Source: Euryarchaeota archaeon UBA28
GTDB lineage: Archaea; Thermoplasmatota; Poseidoniia; Poseidoniales; Thalassarchaeaceae
Length of the DNA: 64,000 nucleotides
Assembly (NCBI GenBank): GCA_002501605.1
Contig: DANW01000026.1
Coordinates: forward strand, 36,871-100,870
Direction: 5' to 3'
The notes beneath the pieces were generated by a model. The model saw only the letters and a list, made by a program, of their open reading frames with translations. It was not told the origin of the DNA and made no database searches. The translations under genes and the position numbers were made by a program. Of the stretch, positions 45,311 through 54,461 are shown piece after piece. Numbering within the stretch: the first letter of the stretch is position 1; every line of letters begins with the position of its first letter.

Positions 45311-45386
45311 TTCGCTTCATTTTCTCATTTAATATCATTTGATCGACATCTAGTATGTCCTCGAAATGAATCACCATCCTTAATTT

Positions 45387-45567
45387 AAAGCGTTAATATC
45401 TCCGTTAACGCTTCGTTAACGCATCATTTAAGCGTTAGAAAAGCGTTAATAATTATAGTACAAAATCGTACTACTAGTCTTATATCGAAAAAAATAATTA
45501 TCTGAAAAGCGTAAATATATGTTAATTTACATACTATTTTCCGTAAATAAACGTTAATATTATTTAC
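45387..45567. repeat. Array of GCGTTAA/TTAACGC heptamers and AT-rich dyads in the hmgA / orc-like intergenic gap
   Basis: GCGTTAA at 45390-96 and 45443-49. GCGTTAg at 45432-38, GCGTaAA at 45509-15, aCGTTAA at 45551-57. CGTTAACGC at 45403-11 and 45414-22. Dyads GTAAAT-N8-ATTTAC (45511-30) and GTAAATAA-N9-TTATTTAC (45543-67). Confidence 0.8.
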
Positions 45568-45582
45568 TCCTTCATTCGCATT

Positions 45583-47430
45583 GTGTCTGTGAAGAGTAGT
45601 ATGCCAGAGGAACTTGGGCTACCATTGCTCAGAGGCAATCCATTCGATCTCAGGCCAATCGAAAGTGGAAGGGCGGAATACTTGGTTGGAAGGGACCGAC
45701 TTATTTCATCATGGAGGGAACACATAGTTTCACAATCCCCGAGAATGATGTTGCTAGTCGGAGAGACGGGCTCCGGGAGGTCATCAATTGTCAGGACTTT
45801 GGCATCCCAAACCAAAAGGAGTTTCGTTGGGCAATTTTGGCCAATGAAAGATCCTGTTAATTCCATAATACATGAGCTCTCCATTCACTTCTGTGGTTTC
45901 GAATCCTCGGGATCCAACCAGAAGATGATAGATGACCTGGTCACTAATTTGGAGGAGTCTTCAGGTAACCTTCCAGTAGTTTCTCTAGACTACCCCTCTA
46001 ATGTAGACTTAGCCCCAGTCCTTTGCTCATTGTCGCCAATACTTCAAAGACTCAGAGCTTTGGTGATTGTAGTACTTACTCCTTCTCAGCTATCTACATT
46101 GGACGAAGAAACTACTGAGTTATATGATGTTCCTGAATACATCCCAAACCTGACAAAAAGTCAGATACAGGATCTTTCAAACAGACTCGTATCTAGGAAG
46201 GCTAGGGAGAAATGGATTATTGATGATGCCCTTCTTTCAAGAATCCACGAATCAACCTCCGGCAATCCTAGAGATGTAATAAGGCTACTCAGGGACCTTA
46301 CTGATGAGAGGAGAGACGTAGGCGCCAAGGGCACTTTAGAGAGGCTAATGCGTTGGCAAAAATCTACTATTGGGATCGGAGATGCCTCAGATGCCATAGG
46401 GGCATCGCAAAAAATTGTGGCTGAGGATGAAGAAAAAACTCGTCATGATAGTATTGGCGAAGAGAGTGAATATATCTCATCTCCACAACATCTACAGGAA
46501 AGACCCAGTCCGGTAGATGAAGCTGACGAAAAATCGGATGTAGATGATTTCTCTAATGAATCGGACATCTTAGACGTCACAAATAAACAATATGATTTAT
46601 TTAAAGAACCAAGTGATTTATGGATTCAGGATACAGAAGAATCTGAAAATAACGAAAAAAGCAGGAATGAGATGGGTAGAGAAACTGTATTTGAACAAGG
46701 TACCTTAGATGATTTTGTTTACATGGAGCCGGGTAGTGAACCTCCAATGTTTAATTCCGGTAACGGTTTCAAAGGACTGGCCAGTAGGTCTAGAGTGGCC
46801 CAAAATTCACAGCCCAATTCAGAGGAAGGTGCCCCATTTATTGAATCAATATCGGAGGTCCCGTCTCTATGGCCAGATAAGGAAACAGAATATCCTGAGA
46901 ACGTTGAAGCTCAAGATGGTATTTTTTTGGATGACAGTTACGATGGCGATAATGTAATCAAAAATCCGAAATCTATCCCTTCCAGTGTTATGTCCACGGA
47001 TTCTGCTCATTGGTCGGTGGAGCCTTCTATGAAATATTCATTACCTAGATTAGAAGATAAAAAGCCAGAAGCTTCACTTTTCGGTATCGATGATTCGCCG
47101 ACCGGTGAAATTTCCAATCTCCCTGTTCCTAAAATCGATATGAGTATGGACGCATATGAGGGAATCAATGCTTGGGAACCCGATCAGCCTCTAGATGAGA
47201 TTCGAAAAACTCTTCTCAACGAAGCCGAACTCTTAGTAATCTCAGTCGCGGCAAAGAGGGAGATATCTCCCTCCGATGCTGAACTACAAGCTAGATTAGA
47301 AGTTGGAAGGCCCAGACTTTCTCAGATATACAATGGCCTGCATAAATCAGGATTCCTGTCTGTAAGAAAACAAGGAAGAAAAAGACTATTCAAAATTACG
47401 GAAGCGGCTAAAAAACTGGTGGAGGCATAG
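45583..47430 (+). CDS. Orc1/Cdc6-like AAA+ protein with degenerate Walker motifs, long acidic linker and C-terminal winged-helix domain
   Basis: GNPFDLRPI...YLVGRD lead-in, P-loop-like LLVGETGSGRSS (Arg in place of Lys), Walker-B-like VVSLDYP, and a sensor-2-like SGNPRDVIRLLRDL. About 300 aa of D/E/S-rich linker follows. C-terminal wHTH-like LEVGRPRLSQIYNGLHKSGFLSVRKQGRKRLFKIT. GTG start; alternative ATG at 45601. Confidence 0.65.
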   Translation: MSVKSSMPEELGLPLLRGNPFDLRPIESGRAEYLVGRDRLISSWREHIVSQSPRMMLLVGETGSGRSSIVRTLASQTKRSFVGQFWPMKDPVNSIIHELSIHFCGFESSGSNQKMIDDLVTNLEESSGNLPVVSLDYPSNVDLAPVLCSLSPILQRLRALVIVVLTPSQLSTLDEETTELYDVPEYIPNLTKSQIQDLSNRLVSRKAREKWIIDDALLSRIHESTSGNPRDVIRLLRDLTDERRDVGAKGTLERLMRWQKSTIGIGDASDAIGASQKIVAEDEEKTRHDSIGEESEYISSPQHLQERPSPVDEADEKSDVDDFSNESDILDVTNKQYDLFKEPSDLWIQDTEESENNEKSRNEMGRETVFEQGTLDDFVYMEPGSEPPMFNSGNGFKGLASRSRVAQNSQPNSEEGAPFIESISEVPSLWPDKETEYPENVEAQDGIFLDDSYDGDNVIKNPKSIPSSVMSTDSAHWSVEPSMKYSLPRLEDKKPEASLFGIDDSPTGEISNLPVPKIDMSMDAYEGINAWEPDQPLDEIRKTLLNEAELLVISVAAKREISPSDAELQARLEVGRPRLSQIYNGLHKSGFLSVRKQGRKRLFKITEAAKKLVEA

Positions 47431-47432
47431 AT

Positions 47433-47726
47433 TTGAGTGACAATGTGGTTGTTACGCATGATCTGGTCAAGAAATATATTGCACTGACAGAGGCCGCTAG
47501 GGAAAAGGCAACTCCTGCCAAATTAAGTGAAGAAAACTCAGAAAAGCTATCATCAATGATTAGAATGTGTGATGATTATCTCTCTGATGCCAAGTACTTC
47601 ATGCAAAAGGGAGATATGGTCAGAGCTTTCGGTGCGATAAACTATGCCCATGCTTGGATAGATGCAGCTGTGAGAATAGGTTTCATGGACGGGAAAGGAG
47701 ATGACAACCTCTTCACACTCCCTTAG
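47433..47726 (+). CDS. DUF357-family archaeal protein
   Basis: 97 aa. DDYLSDAKYFMQKGDMVRAFGAINYAHAWIDAAVRIG matches the DUF357 helical-hairpin pattern. TTG start 2 nt after the previous stop. Confidence 0.55.
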   Translation: MSDNVVVTHDLVKKYIALTEAAREKATPAKLSEENSEKLSSMIRMCDDYLSDAKYFMQKGDMVRAFGAINYAHAWIDAAVRIGFMDGKGDDNLFTLP

Positions 47727-48088
47727 CCAATCAATCTTAACATCCTATCCGATACGACCTCGATATACTGACATCCAGATTTTGATAGCTTCTCTTTAAG
47801 CCGGGTATCAACTGTTAAAACCGGCCATTTATTTTCTCTAGAAAGCTCAACCAGCATCCTATCTGTATGATTTTGCCCCTTTGGGTCTTCGATTAATTTA
47901 CATCTTGATTTCAGTAACTCTAAGAGAAGACCACGCTTATTTTTAGCCAGATCTTCCAGCTCTTCCCAGACACTATTTATGACAATTAGCTCCGGTTTCC
48001 CTATTACTTTGGACATCTCTGAATCTAGATTTAGTCCAGATTTTACCAAGGCAACCCATCCACACGTGTCGACGAGAATCCCCGTCAT
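47723..48088 (-). CDS. PIN-domain protein (archaeal Fcf1/COG1412-like, conserved neighbour of aIF2-gamma)
   Basis: N-terminal ILVDTCGWVAL (first acidic residue) and TVDTRLKEKL near the C-terminus. 121 aa, directly downstream of aIF2-gamma. Confidence 0.65.
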   Translation of the reverse strand: MTGILVDTCGWVALVKSGLNLDSEMSKVIGKPELIVINSVWEELEDLAKNKRGLLLELLKSRCKLIEDPKGQNHTDRMLVELSRENKWPVLTVDTRLKEKLSKSGCQYIEVVSDRMLRLIG

Positions 48089-48092
48089 ACAA

Positions 48093-49331
48093 TCACCCTT
48101 TGATGGTACCGTGTCCGATCAGTCTCCAGCGTGCGCCGACCCTTCTTGATAATGTAATCCTGCTTCCCTTTTTAGCACAAATTGGCAACCTCAATGCTAA
48201 TTTCGCCTCCCCCTTCTTGGCGGAAGAAACAGTCCCCACGCTTGTCGCAGTGGCAGAATTTACCATCAACATCTCATTGGTCTGTAAGGGCTTAACTAAT
48301 CCCTCGTCGCCATCCCCTCCCGATACCATCTTCTCAAGAAGCTCAAGCTTCAAATCGAGAGACTCCCATACTGGGGGAAGCTCACCATCCCTTGCCATCA
48401 CTTGTCCAGAGAGATCGTCCGCCTTTGTAGACATTGGGTCCAGAGGAGTTGCTATCCCACAAAGTCCTCCTGCATGAGCAGTTTCTAGATCTAGTCCTCC
48501 AGCTTGAATGTTCTCTATGACCGTCTTCAATGGTTCCCATCTTGTCTTACTGCCTTCCACAATCCTTCTTCCTGGGGCTATCAGTATGGAATCTCCCACA
48601 CTGAATGAACCTTCGACTATACTACCTCCGACAATTCCCCCTTTGAGCTTGCTTGGCCTCAATCCTGGCCTATTGACATCGAAAGACCTAGCAACATACA
48701 TCAGTCCCTTCTCATCAGAATCGATAACCGGACTCGGAATGGTATCCTCTATCGCTCTAATTAGCATATCTAGATTGACATCATGATGAGCTGAGACTGG
48801 AACAATTGGGGAGCCTTCGGCAATCGTGCCATCAATGAATGACAATATCTCATTGTATGATTCTACAGCCCTTTCTCTAGTTACAAGATCAACTTTATTC
48901 TGAACCACAACTATATTCTTTATGCCAGCTATTTGGAGTGCGGCAAGGTGCTCTCTGGTTTGTGCCTGTGGACAGGTCTCATTAGCTGCAACCAATAGTA
49001 AGGCCCCATCCATGATTGCCGCCCCGGAAATCATTACGGCCATCAGAGTCTCGTGTCCGGGAGCATCAACGAAGGAAATCACTCTAAGGAGGTCATTTTC
49101 AGAATCATCCCCTCCCTTCGGATTTTTGCCTCTGGCATAGTACTCGCCATCCTTGTTCTTGTAGAAAGCGGTGTCCGCATATCCTAGCTTAATGCTGATT
49201 CCACGCTTCCTCTCTTCGGAGTGGGTATCAGTCCACGTTCCCGAAAGTGCCTTTGTCAGCGTGGTCTTCCCGTGATCTACGTGTCCGACCATCCCAATAT
49301 TTACTTCAGGCTGACTTGGTAAATCGTTCAC
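48093..49331 (-). CDS. eif2g: Translation initiation factor aIF2 gamma subunit
   Basis: GTPase motifs GHVDHGKTT, DAPGHE and NKVD. Domain II/III are conserved. 412 aa. Confidence 0.95.
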   Translation of the reverse strand: MNDLPSQPEVNIGMVGHVDHGKTTLTKALSGTWTDTHSEERKRGISIKLGYADTAFYKNKDGEYYARGKNPKGGDDSENDLLRVISFVDAPGHETLMAVMISGAAIMDGALLLVAANETCPQAQTREHLAALQIAGIKNIVVVQNKVDLVTRERAVESYNEILSFIDGTIAEGSPIVPVSAHHDVNLDMLIRAIEDTIPSPVIDSDEKGLMYVARSFDVNRPGLRPSKLKGGIVGGSIVEGSFSVGDSILIAPGRRIVEGSKTRWEPLKTVIENIQAGGLDLETAHAGGLCGIATPLDPMSTKADDLSGQVMARDGELPPVWESLDLKLELLEKMVSGGDGDEGLVKPLQTNEMLMVNSATATSVGTVSSAKKGEAKLALRLPICAKKGSRITLSRRVGARWRLIGHGTIKG

Positions 49332-49353
49332 CAGTTACACCATCTCCCAATAT

Positions 49354-49848
49354 TCATTCCTCTTCACCGGAGGACTGATTGTCAGGAGCTTCCTCTTCCA
49401 CACCAAAAATCACACCCAGAGGCCTCTTCCCAGCCTCAACTATTTTCAGATTGATTTGCCTAGTCTCTTGACTTATGACATTTCCACGGAGATTCCTCCT
49501 TTTCCTTAGCCCGTCATACTTGTACCTGTATGTCTTGCCCTTTTTGTTGACCTTCTTATCGCCTTTGTACCCTATTCCGGCAGTAATCAGTACCGATTTA
49601 ACTCCACTGCCATCTAAATCCGGCCTCATTGGTCTTCCTGTAAGATCCGAACCTCCTGTGATTTCTAATCGGTATCCGGTTAGTGATTGGTCACCCTCTC
49701 CGACGAACATTCCATCTACTGAGTCTCCTATCTTCTTACCGAGGAAATGGTTGTAATTTGAACCAGTAATTTCCATGGAGAAAGCACGGCCCCCATACTT
49801 CGGATTAGTGTCGTTAACGACTGCCTTGAATGACTGCTCGCCTGCCAT
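49354..49848 (-). CDS. rps6e: 30S ribosomal protein S6e
   Basis: The segment with ..ITGGSDLTGRPMRPDL.G.....LL..G.G... is a typical eS6 core. Acidic C-terminus. Confidence 0.88.
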   Translation of the reverse strand: MAGEQSFKAVVNDTNPKYGGRAFSMEITGSNYNHFLGKKIGDSVDGMFVGEGDQSLTGYRLEITGGSDLTGRPMRPDLDGSGVKSVLITAGIGYKGDKKVNKKGKTYRYKYDGLRKRRNLRGNVISQETRQINLKIVEAGKRPLGVIFGVEEEAPDNQSSGEEE

Positions 49849-49918
49849 ATTTACTCCTCGGACGGCAACCCGACATAAGGCCCCTATAAGAGCGGTTCGG
49901 AAGCCAACCGAATATCAA

Positions 49919-51127
49919 TCAGCGGTTCATGAACTCCTTCTCTATCCTGCTCCCTATTGTGGCAGGTGAGGTATTACTCATTGTAATGTAAGTAGTTCTG
50001 CCCCTTCCAACAGTGGTATTGGTCGACCTCGCTTCCAGTAGCCCTTTGGTTTCTAAAGACTTCAGATGCTTCCAGAAGGTGGTATAACTCCTAGTTTTAA
50101 TTGAAAACTCTTCACACACAAGTTCGTATAGCTTACGAGCATCACCACTGGATATTTCCTCCACCTTACGCAACCTCCTACAAATCCCTAGGAGAATCAG
50201 TTTTTGATGAGTGCCAAGGGAATCAACTTGACTCGGCTCCACTGAAGCTGTCCTAAGGGTACTGGGCATAACATCACCAATATTCACCTCTCCCCTGCCG
50301 TCCATCTCCGCTCTTCGTACAGCAGCCTCAAGGAGCTCAATAGCTAGGCGCGCATCACCGGTCTCAGAAGCAAATCTGCCGATCTTTTCCAATACTTCTT
50401 CACTCACCGAACCGGGCTTACATGAAGCCTCGTAACGCTGTCTGGATATCCCTACAAGTCCCTCGAAGTCATAAGGCTCTAGTCCCAAAACATTACTCTC
50501 CCCCAATCTAGAGATTATCGCCGGTTCTAACATGCTCATCAAGGAAGGGTCCTGACTCACCAGAATCAGTGAAACCGTCCCCTGATTACCCTGCCCCTCG
50601 TCTATTCGAAGAAGTTTGTATATCAAATCACTACTGTCTCTCCTAACAAGCACGTCCACCTCATCCAAAACAAGTATCATGTGGAGCCCTCTCGATCGAA
50701 TGTTTCTCCGTATTGACTGAATAATCTCTCCAGAGCTGAAGCCTCTCTCGGGATGCCTCGAGTCAAGAGACAGAGCAATCTGTTGCAATACTTGGGAAGT
50801 GGAGGGGTGATTCCTACAGTTTACGTGCGAAAGAACAATCTTTCTGATGCCATCCATTTCCCTTACTACATCCTCCCCAAATCTCCTAGTCAGAACCGTC
50901 TTTCCGGTGCCTACATGGCCAACAACTACTGCCCGACCACTGACATTTTCGTTCCCGATACCCATGAACATCGAGGCTAGTGATTCCAGCTCTCTTTCCC
51001 TGCCAACCAATAGAGGAGGGGTCCAATCGAATGATAGGGGCCCTCTGTCTAGAAGGACTTTGCCCGCTCCTATCCTGTCTAAGTACCCCGCCATCAGAGT
51101 ATAATTACCAACATCGTTCTTAGACAT
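49919..51127 (-). CDS. cdc6: Orc1/Cdc6 replication initiator
   Basis: LVGRERELESL, Walker A GHVGTGKTV, Walker B LVLDEVD, sensor-2 GDARLAIELL, and a C-terminal winged helix (..GRGRTTYI..). Confidence 0.92.
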   Translation of the reverse strand: MSKNDVGNYTLMAGYLDRIGAGKVLLDRGPLSFDWTPPLLVGRERELESLASMFMGIGNENVSGRAVVVGHVGTGKTVLTRRFGEDVVREMDGIRKIVLSHVNCRNHPSTSQVLQQIALSLDSRHPERGFSSGEIIQSIRRNIRSRGLHMILVLDEVDVLVRRDSSDLIYKLLRIDEGQGNQGTVSLILVSQDPSLMSMLEPAIISRLGESNVLGLEPYDFEGLVGISRQRYEASCKPGSVSEEVLEKIGRFASETGDARLAIELLEAAVRRAEMDGRGEVNIGDVMPSTLRTASVEPSQVDSLGTHQKLILLGICRRLRKVEEISSGDARKLYELVCEEFSIKTRSYTTFWKHLKSLETKGLLEARSTNTTVGRGRTTYITMSNTSPATIGSRIEKEFMNR

Positions 51128-51182
51128 ATTCTTGCTCAGCTTTCAAACAAGTATCGATTATCGCGTTGAGCACTTCTATGGA

Positions 51183-52298
51183 TCAATGTATTTGATCAAA
51201 CCGATACCCATTTTCCCACTTTTTCTCACCCAAAGCGACTTCCAGCTCGTAAGGCGTAATCATTGGTTTATCGTACTTTACTGCGTCATCTATAGCAATT
51301 CTTGGACATGCAGTGTTCACGAAGACGTCAACAGGATAGAAGTCAATTAATTCAGGCCCCACGTGTTCAATCGCCAGCAGAAAACCCTTTTTTCCATGCT
51401 TTTCCAGTTTTCTTTTCATTCTTAAGGCAAGGTTCCTCCTCATTTGTCCTGGCTTAGATCCTATAATGATGCCAAATCTATCTTTATCCATTGAAGCCAT
51501 AATCAAACCTGAGCGCTGTCTAAGTATCCTCTCTATTCTTTCTCGCCCCATCTCCCGAGCTTCGCCAGTGTACGGATCTAACATTGCAAGTGGCTTCCCT
51601 GTATGGAGAACCAGTCCTATTGGATGAAAATCTCCACTTCCGAGGAAGATATAGTGTCCAACAGTAGGATCGTCACCAGAATAATTACACCCGAGGACTT
51701 GTCCAGGAAAAGTCAGTCTTTCTCCGCCAATTGGTATCGTAACATCAAATCCAGCTTCTTCGAAATGCTTCTTGAATGTCGGCAATAGGTGGAGGTGTTG
51801 AATGCTTCCAACGAGTCCGAGCTTAGTATCTGTCAGCGGGGCGACCCTGCCTACCATATCTTCGAATCTATCAAGAGCCTCTAACTCAGATAAAACCGGC
51901 CCAGATCCTTCATTTAGCCTGTTAATGGCAATCTCACGATGAGCATTAAGATATGGCATCACCGGCGCTATCTCAGGATTTCCATCGTAGGTTACTGCAA
52001 TAAACTGCGTCGGCAAGCCGGAATCAATATTCATCTGTGAATGCCCCATATGGGCCACCAAATCAATCCCAAAATTTTGCATCTTATCATGAACTAAGTC
52101 ACAGGCCCCGTAACAGGGGTCGGCAGAAAGAATAACTCTAGCGGATGTCTCAGTCTCTATTGTGTCCATCATTTCGAGGGCTTGCATCTTTAGTCCCTCT
52201 GGAACTTGTAGAGCGATCAATCTGTGGTCATTTAGCTTGATCCTGTTAACCAGTTCATCCAGTTGGAAGTCATGTCTATCAAGATCCATAATAATCAC
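51183..52298 (-). CDS. dph2: 2-(3-amino-3-carboxypropyl)histidine synthase (diphthamide synthesis, Dph2)
   Basis: LQVPEGLK, DPCYGACD and VNTACPRIAIDD, the radical-SAM-like Dph2 three-domain signature. Confidence 0.85.
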   Translation of the reverse strand: MIIMDLDRHDFQLDELVNRIKLNDHRLIALQVPEGLKMQALEMMDTIETETSARVILSADPCYGACDLVHDKMQNFGIDLVAHMGHSQMNIDSGLPTQFIAVTYDGNPEIAPVMPYLNAHREIAINRLNEGSGPVLSELEALDRFEDMVGRVAPLTDTKLGLVGSIQHLHLLPTFKKHFEEAGFDVTIPIGGERLTFPGQVLGCNYSGDDPTVGHYIFLGSGDFHPIGLVLHTGKPLAMLDPYTGEAREMGRERIERILRQRSGLIMASMDKDRFGIIIGSKPGQMRRNLALRMKRKLEKHGKKGFLLAIEHVGPELIDFYPVDVFVNTACPRIAIDDAVKYDKPMITPYELEVALGEKKWENGYRFDQIH

Positions 52299-52873
52299 TC
52301 AAGTATTTTCACTCGCCCTTCCACTATCTCAATCCTTGCTAGTGTTCTTATTGGCCACTCGGGCCTCTCTATTGAAAGCCTTTCACGTCCATTACCCTTT
52401 TCAATTGCTATGATTATGTCTTGGAGAGTTGCTCCAATTCCCTCAATGGCTTCCAGAATTGGCTCTAGAGTCCCACCAGTTGAAATAACATCATCAACTA
52501 TCAATATCCTTTCTCCCGGCTTAATGTCATTTATGTAGGTCGTAGATTCAGAATAACCTGTTGAAACTTCAACTTTAACTTCACCTTCCATTCCATATGA
52601 GCGCTTTCTGATCACCACTGTCGGCTTTCCTGTAGCCTCTCCGACAGAAGCCAGTAGAGGTAGGCCCATAGCCTCGACACTTACAATTAGATCAATCTTG
52701 GACCAGTCGACCATTGATACTATCAGGTCCCTAGCGGCTCTCAACACACTTGGATCCATCCTAGGTATCCCATCGGAGATTGGATGAATGAAGTATGGAT
52801 AATCTCCCTTCCAGATAATTGGTGCGCCTCTGAGGGAGTCCTGAAGGATAGCTAGGGGGTCACCGGGCTCCAT
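52295..52873 (-). CDS. Purine phosphoribosyltransferase (archaeal Hpt/Apt-like)
   Basis: PRPP-binding motif ILIVDDVISTGGT. Start moved to ATG 52873 to avoid overlapping the L10e gene. Confidence 0.8.
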   Translation of the reverse strand: MEPGDPLAILQDSLRGAPIIWKGDYPYFIHPISDGIPRMDPSVLRAARDLIVSMVDWSKIDLIVSVEAMGLPLLASVGEATGKPTVVIRKRSYGMEGEVKVEVSTGYSESTTYINDIKPGERILIVDDVISTGGTLEPILEAIEGIGATLQDIIIAIEKGNGRERLSIERPEWPIRTLARIEIVEGRVKILE

Positions 52874-52884
52874 GCCCACCAACC

Positions 52885-53424
52885 TCAGACTTTGCCCTTC
52901 AAGTGCTCGGTCCCTTTGACTATTTTCTGGGAGCAAGGAGTAGGGAACTTGCAGCTCGCTTTACGAAGGGCTTCCTTAGCCGCATCATAATTTTCTGGAT
53001 TCATATGGATGGAGACTATCGTTTGGCCTCTCAAAACTCTAGCAGCGGTTCCTACATTCTTTCCAAAGGCCTGCCTCATTCCTTGGGATACACGGTCCGC
53101 ACCAGCACCCGTTGCTTGTTTGTTTTCGCGAAGTATCTGATGTGGATAAACATGAATCCTGAGTGCATAACCATCAGCTCCAGCAGAGTTCCTGATAGTG
53201 GAATTGGCGACCTGTCTAGCGGCCTCTAGCGCAGTATCTCTAATCTGGCATGCGTTGTCGGAGGTTAACTCCATGACTACAGGGAAATCACCAGCTTCAG
53301 CCGCCTTTCTGTTCCCCATGAAGTACCTGAGGATTCTATTGTTAGGGACCCCTCCAGTGTACTCTCTTCGTGTGAAAGATTGCCCCTTTACTTGACGATA
53401 CATCTTCGCCGGCTTGCGTGCCAC
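52885..53424 (-). CDS. rpl10e: 50S ribosomal protein L10e (uL16)
   Basis: ARKPAKMYR...FTRREYTGGVP, and ..RIHVYPHQILRENK...GAGADR..GMR.AFGK. GTG start. Confidence 0.92.
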   Translation of the reverse strand: MARKPAKMYRQVKGQSFTRREYTGGVPNNRILRYFMGNRKAAEAGDFPVVMELTSDNACQIRDTALEAARQVANSTIRNSAGADGYALRIHVYPHQILRENKQATGAGADRVSQGMRQAFGKNVGTAARVLRGQTIVSIHMNPENYDAAKEALRKASCKFPTPCSQKIVKGTEHLKGKV

Positions 53425-53491
53425 ATGCTCACCTCTTTGGCCGGCGACTGACCCCCCATATTTAACCGTGAGGACAGAGACATAATTTTAT

Positions 53492-54436
53492 TCACTCGCC
53501 AGATGCAAGTTTGCTCTGTCTCTGGACCTCCTTAACTCCAAATACTATCAGGAAAAATCCTATCGCCATCGTGATTCCTACACTCTCATTCAGGAACAGC
53601 CAGCCACCGAGTACTCCGAACACAGGGACCAAGAAAACATACGATGATGCTGCCGTAGCCCCAATTTTATCGATACCTCTTGCGAACCACACATAGGTCA
53701 AAACAGTAGAAACTATGCCCAGATATGCTACAGAAATCCACTCAGTGGTACTGGGCATTGGAATTCCAGACTGCCATACCTCGACCAGCATCCAAGGAGT
53801 GAGGAGAAACCATCCCACAATGGAGTACCAGACAACAATCTCCAGAGAGGTCCCTATTGTTCCATCAAGAAGGGCCATTTTTGTCAGATTACTCGTAGCT
53901 GCCCACATCAGAGCAGCAAGACCTATCATAGCTCCTCCAATCAATCGGTGGTTGAATGGGATATCAGTATTGGGGCTCCAGCCAATCACTATGGCTACCC
54001 CAATCAATCCTGCTAATAGGCCAAGAATCATCCTCGGACTGAGTCTCTGGCCAAGAAGTGGAACTGCGAGGAGTACTGTGAATACTGGATTCATTGGGAT
54101 GATCATTGATGCATCACCAGCAGCTGTCCATTTCATACCGTTCATGAATAGGAGTTGATACCCCATTGTGCCCAAGAGAGCCATCAAGAAGGTGTATTTC
54201 CATGCCTTCTTTCCTCTGGGAAGTATGCGTGCCCCCTGTTTATTCCTGTAAATCCAGCACCACACCAAGAATCCCAACACAGCGAAGACATACCTCAACC
54301 AGGCAGAAGTAGCAGGTCCCATACTAGCTCTAGCATCTTCTAAGCCGTAACTCAAGAATCTTCCAACAGCCCAAGTAGATCCCCAGATAGCAGAGACCAG
54401 TAGGAGTAGTAGATGAGTCCTAACTTCTCCCGACAT
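53492..54436 (-). CDS. EamA/DMT-family transporter
   Basis: 314 aa with 10 TM helices in a duplicated EamA arrangement. Confidence 0.8.
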   Translation of the reverse strand: MSGEVRTHLLLLLVSAIWGSTWAVGRFLSYGLEDARASMGPATSAWLRYVFAVLGFLVWCWIYRNKQGARILPRGKKAWKYTFLMALLGTMGYQLLFMNGMKWTAAGDASMIIPMNPVFTVLLAVPLLGQRLSPRMILGLLAGLIGVAIVIGWSPNTDIPFNHRLIGGAMIGLAALMWAATSNLTKMALLDGTIGTSLEIVVWYSIVGWFLLTPWMLVEVWQSGIPMPSTTEWISVAYLGIVSTVLTYVWFARGIDKIGATAASSYVFLVPVFGVLGGWLFLNESVGITMAIGFFLIVFGVKEVQRQSKLASGE

Positions 54437-54461
54437 CGTGTAACCCTACTCAAATTTTAGA

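Noticed and set aside
45387-45567. The heptamer array as a CRISPR array or IS terminal repeats.
   Set aside because: The repeats are only 7-11 bp, irregularly spaced and in both orientations. There are no spacers of uniform length, and no cas or transposase genes anywhere in the window.
49849-49918. Imperfect hairpin CGGTTGG-CTTC-CGAACCG between cdc6 and the S6e gene, considered as an origin element.
   Set aside because: It is a single weak stem with a mismatch in a 70-bp gap. It is more simply a terminator or processing stem, or part of the S6e promoter (CTTATAGG follows).
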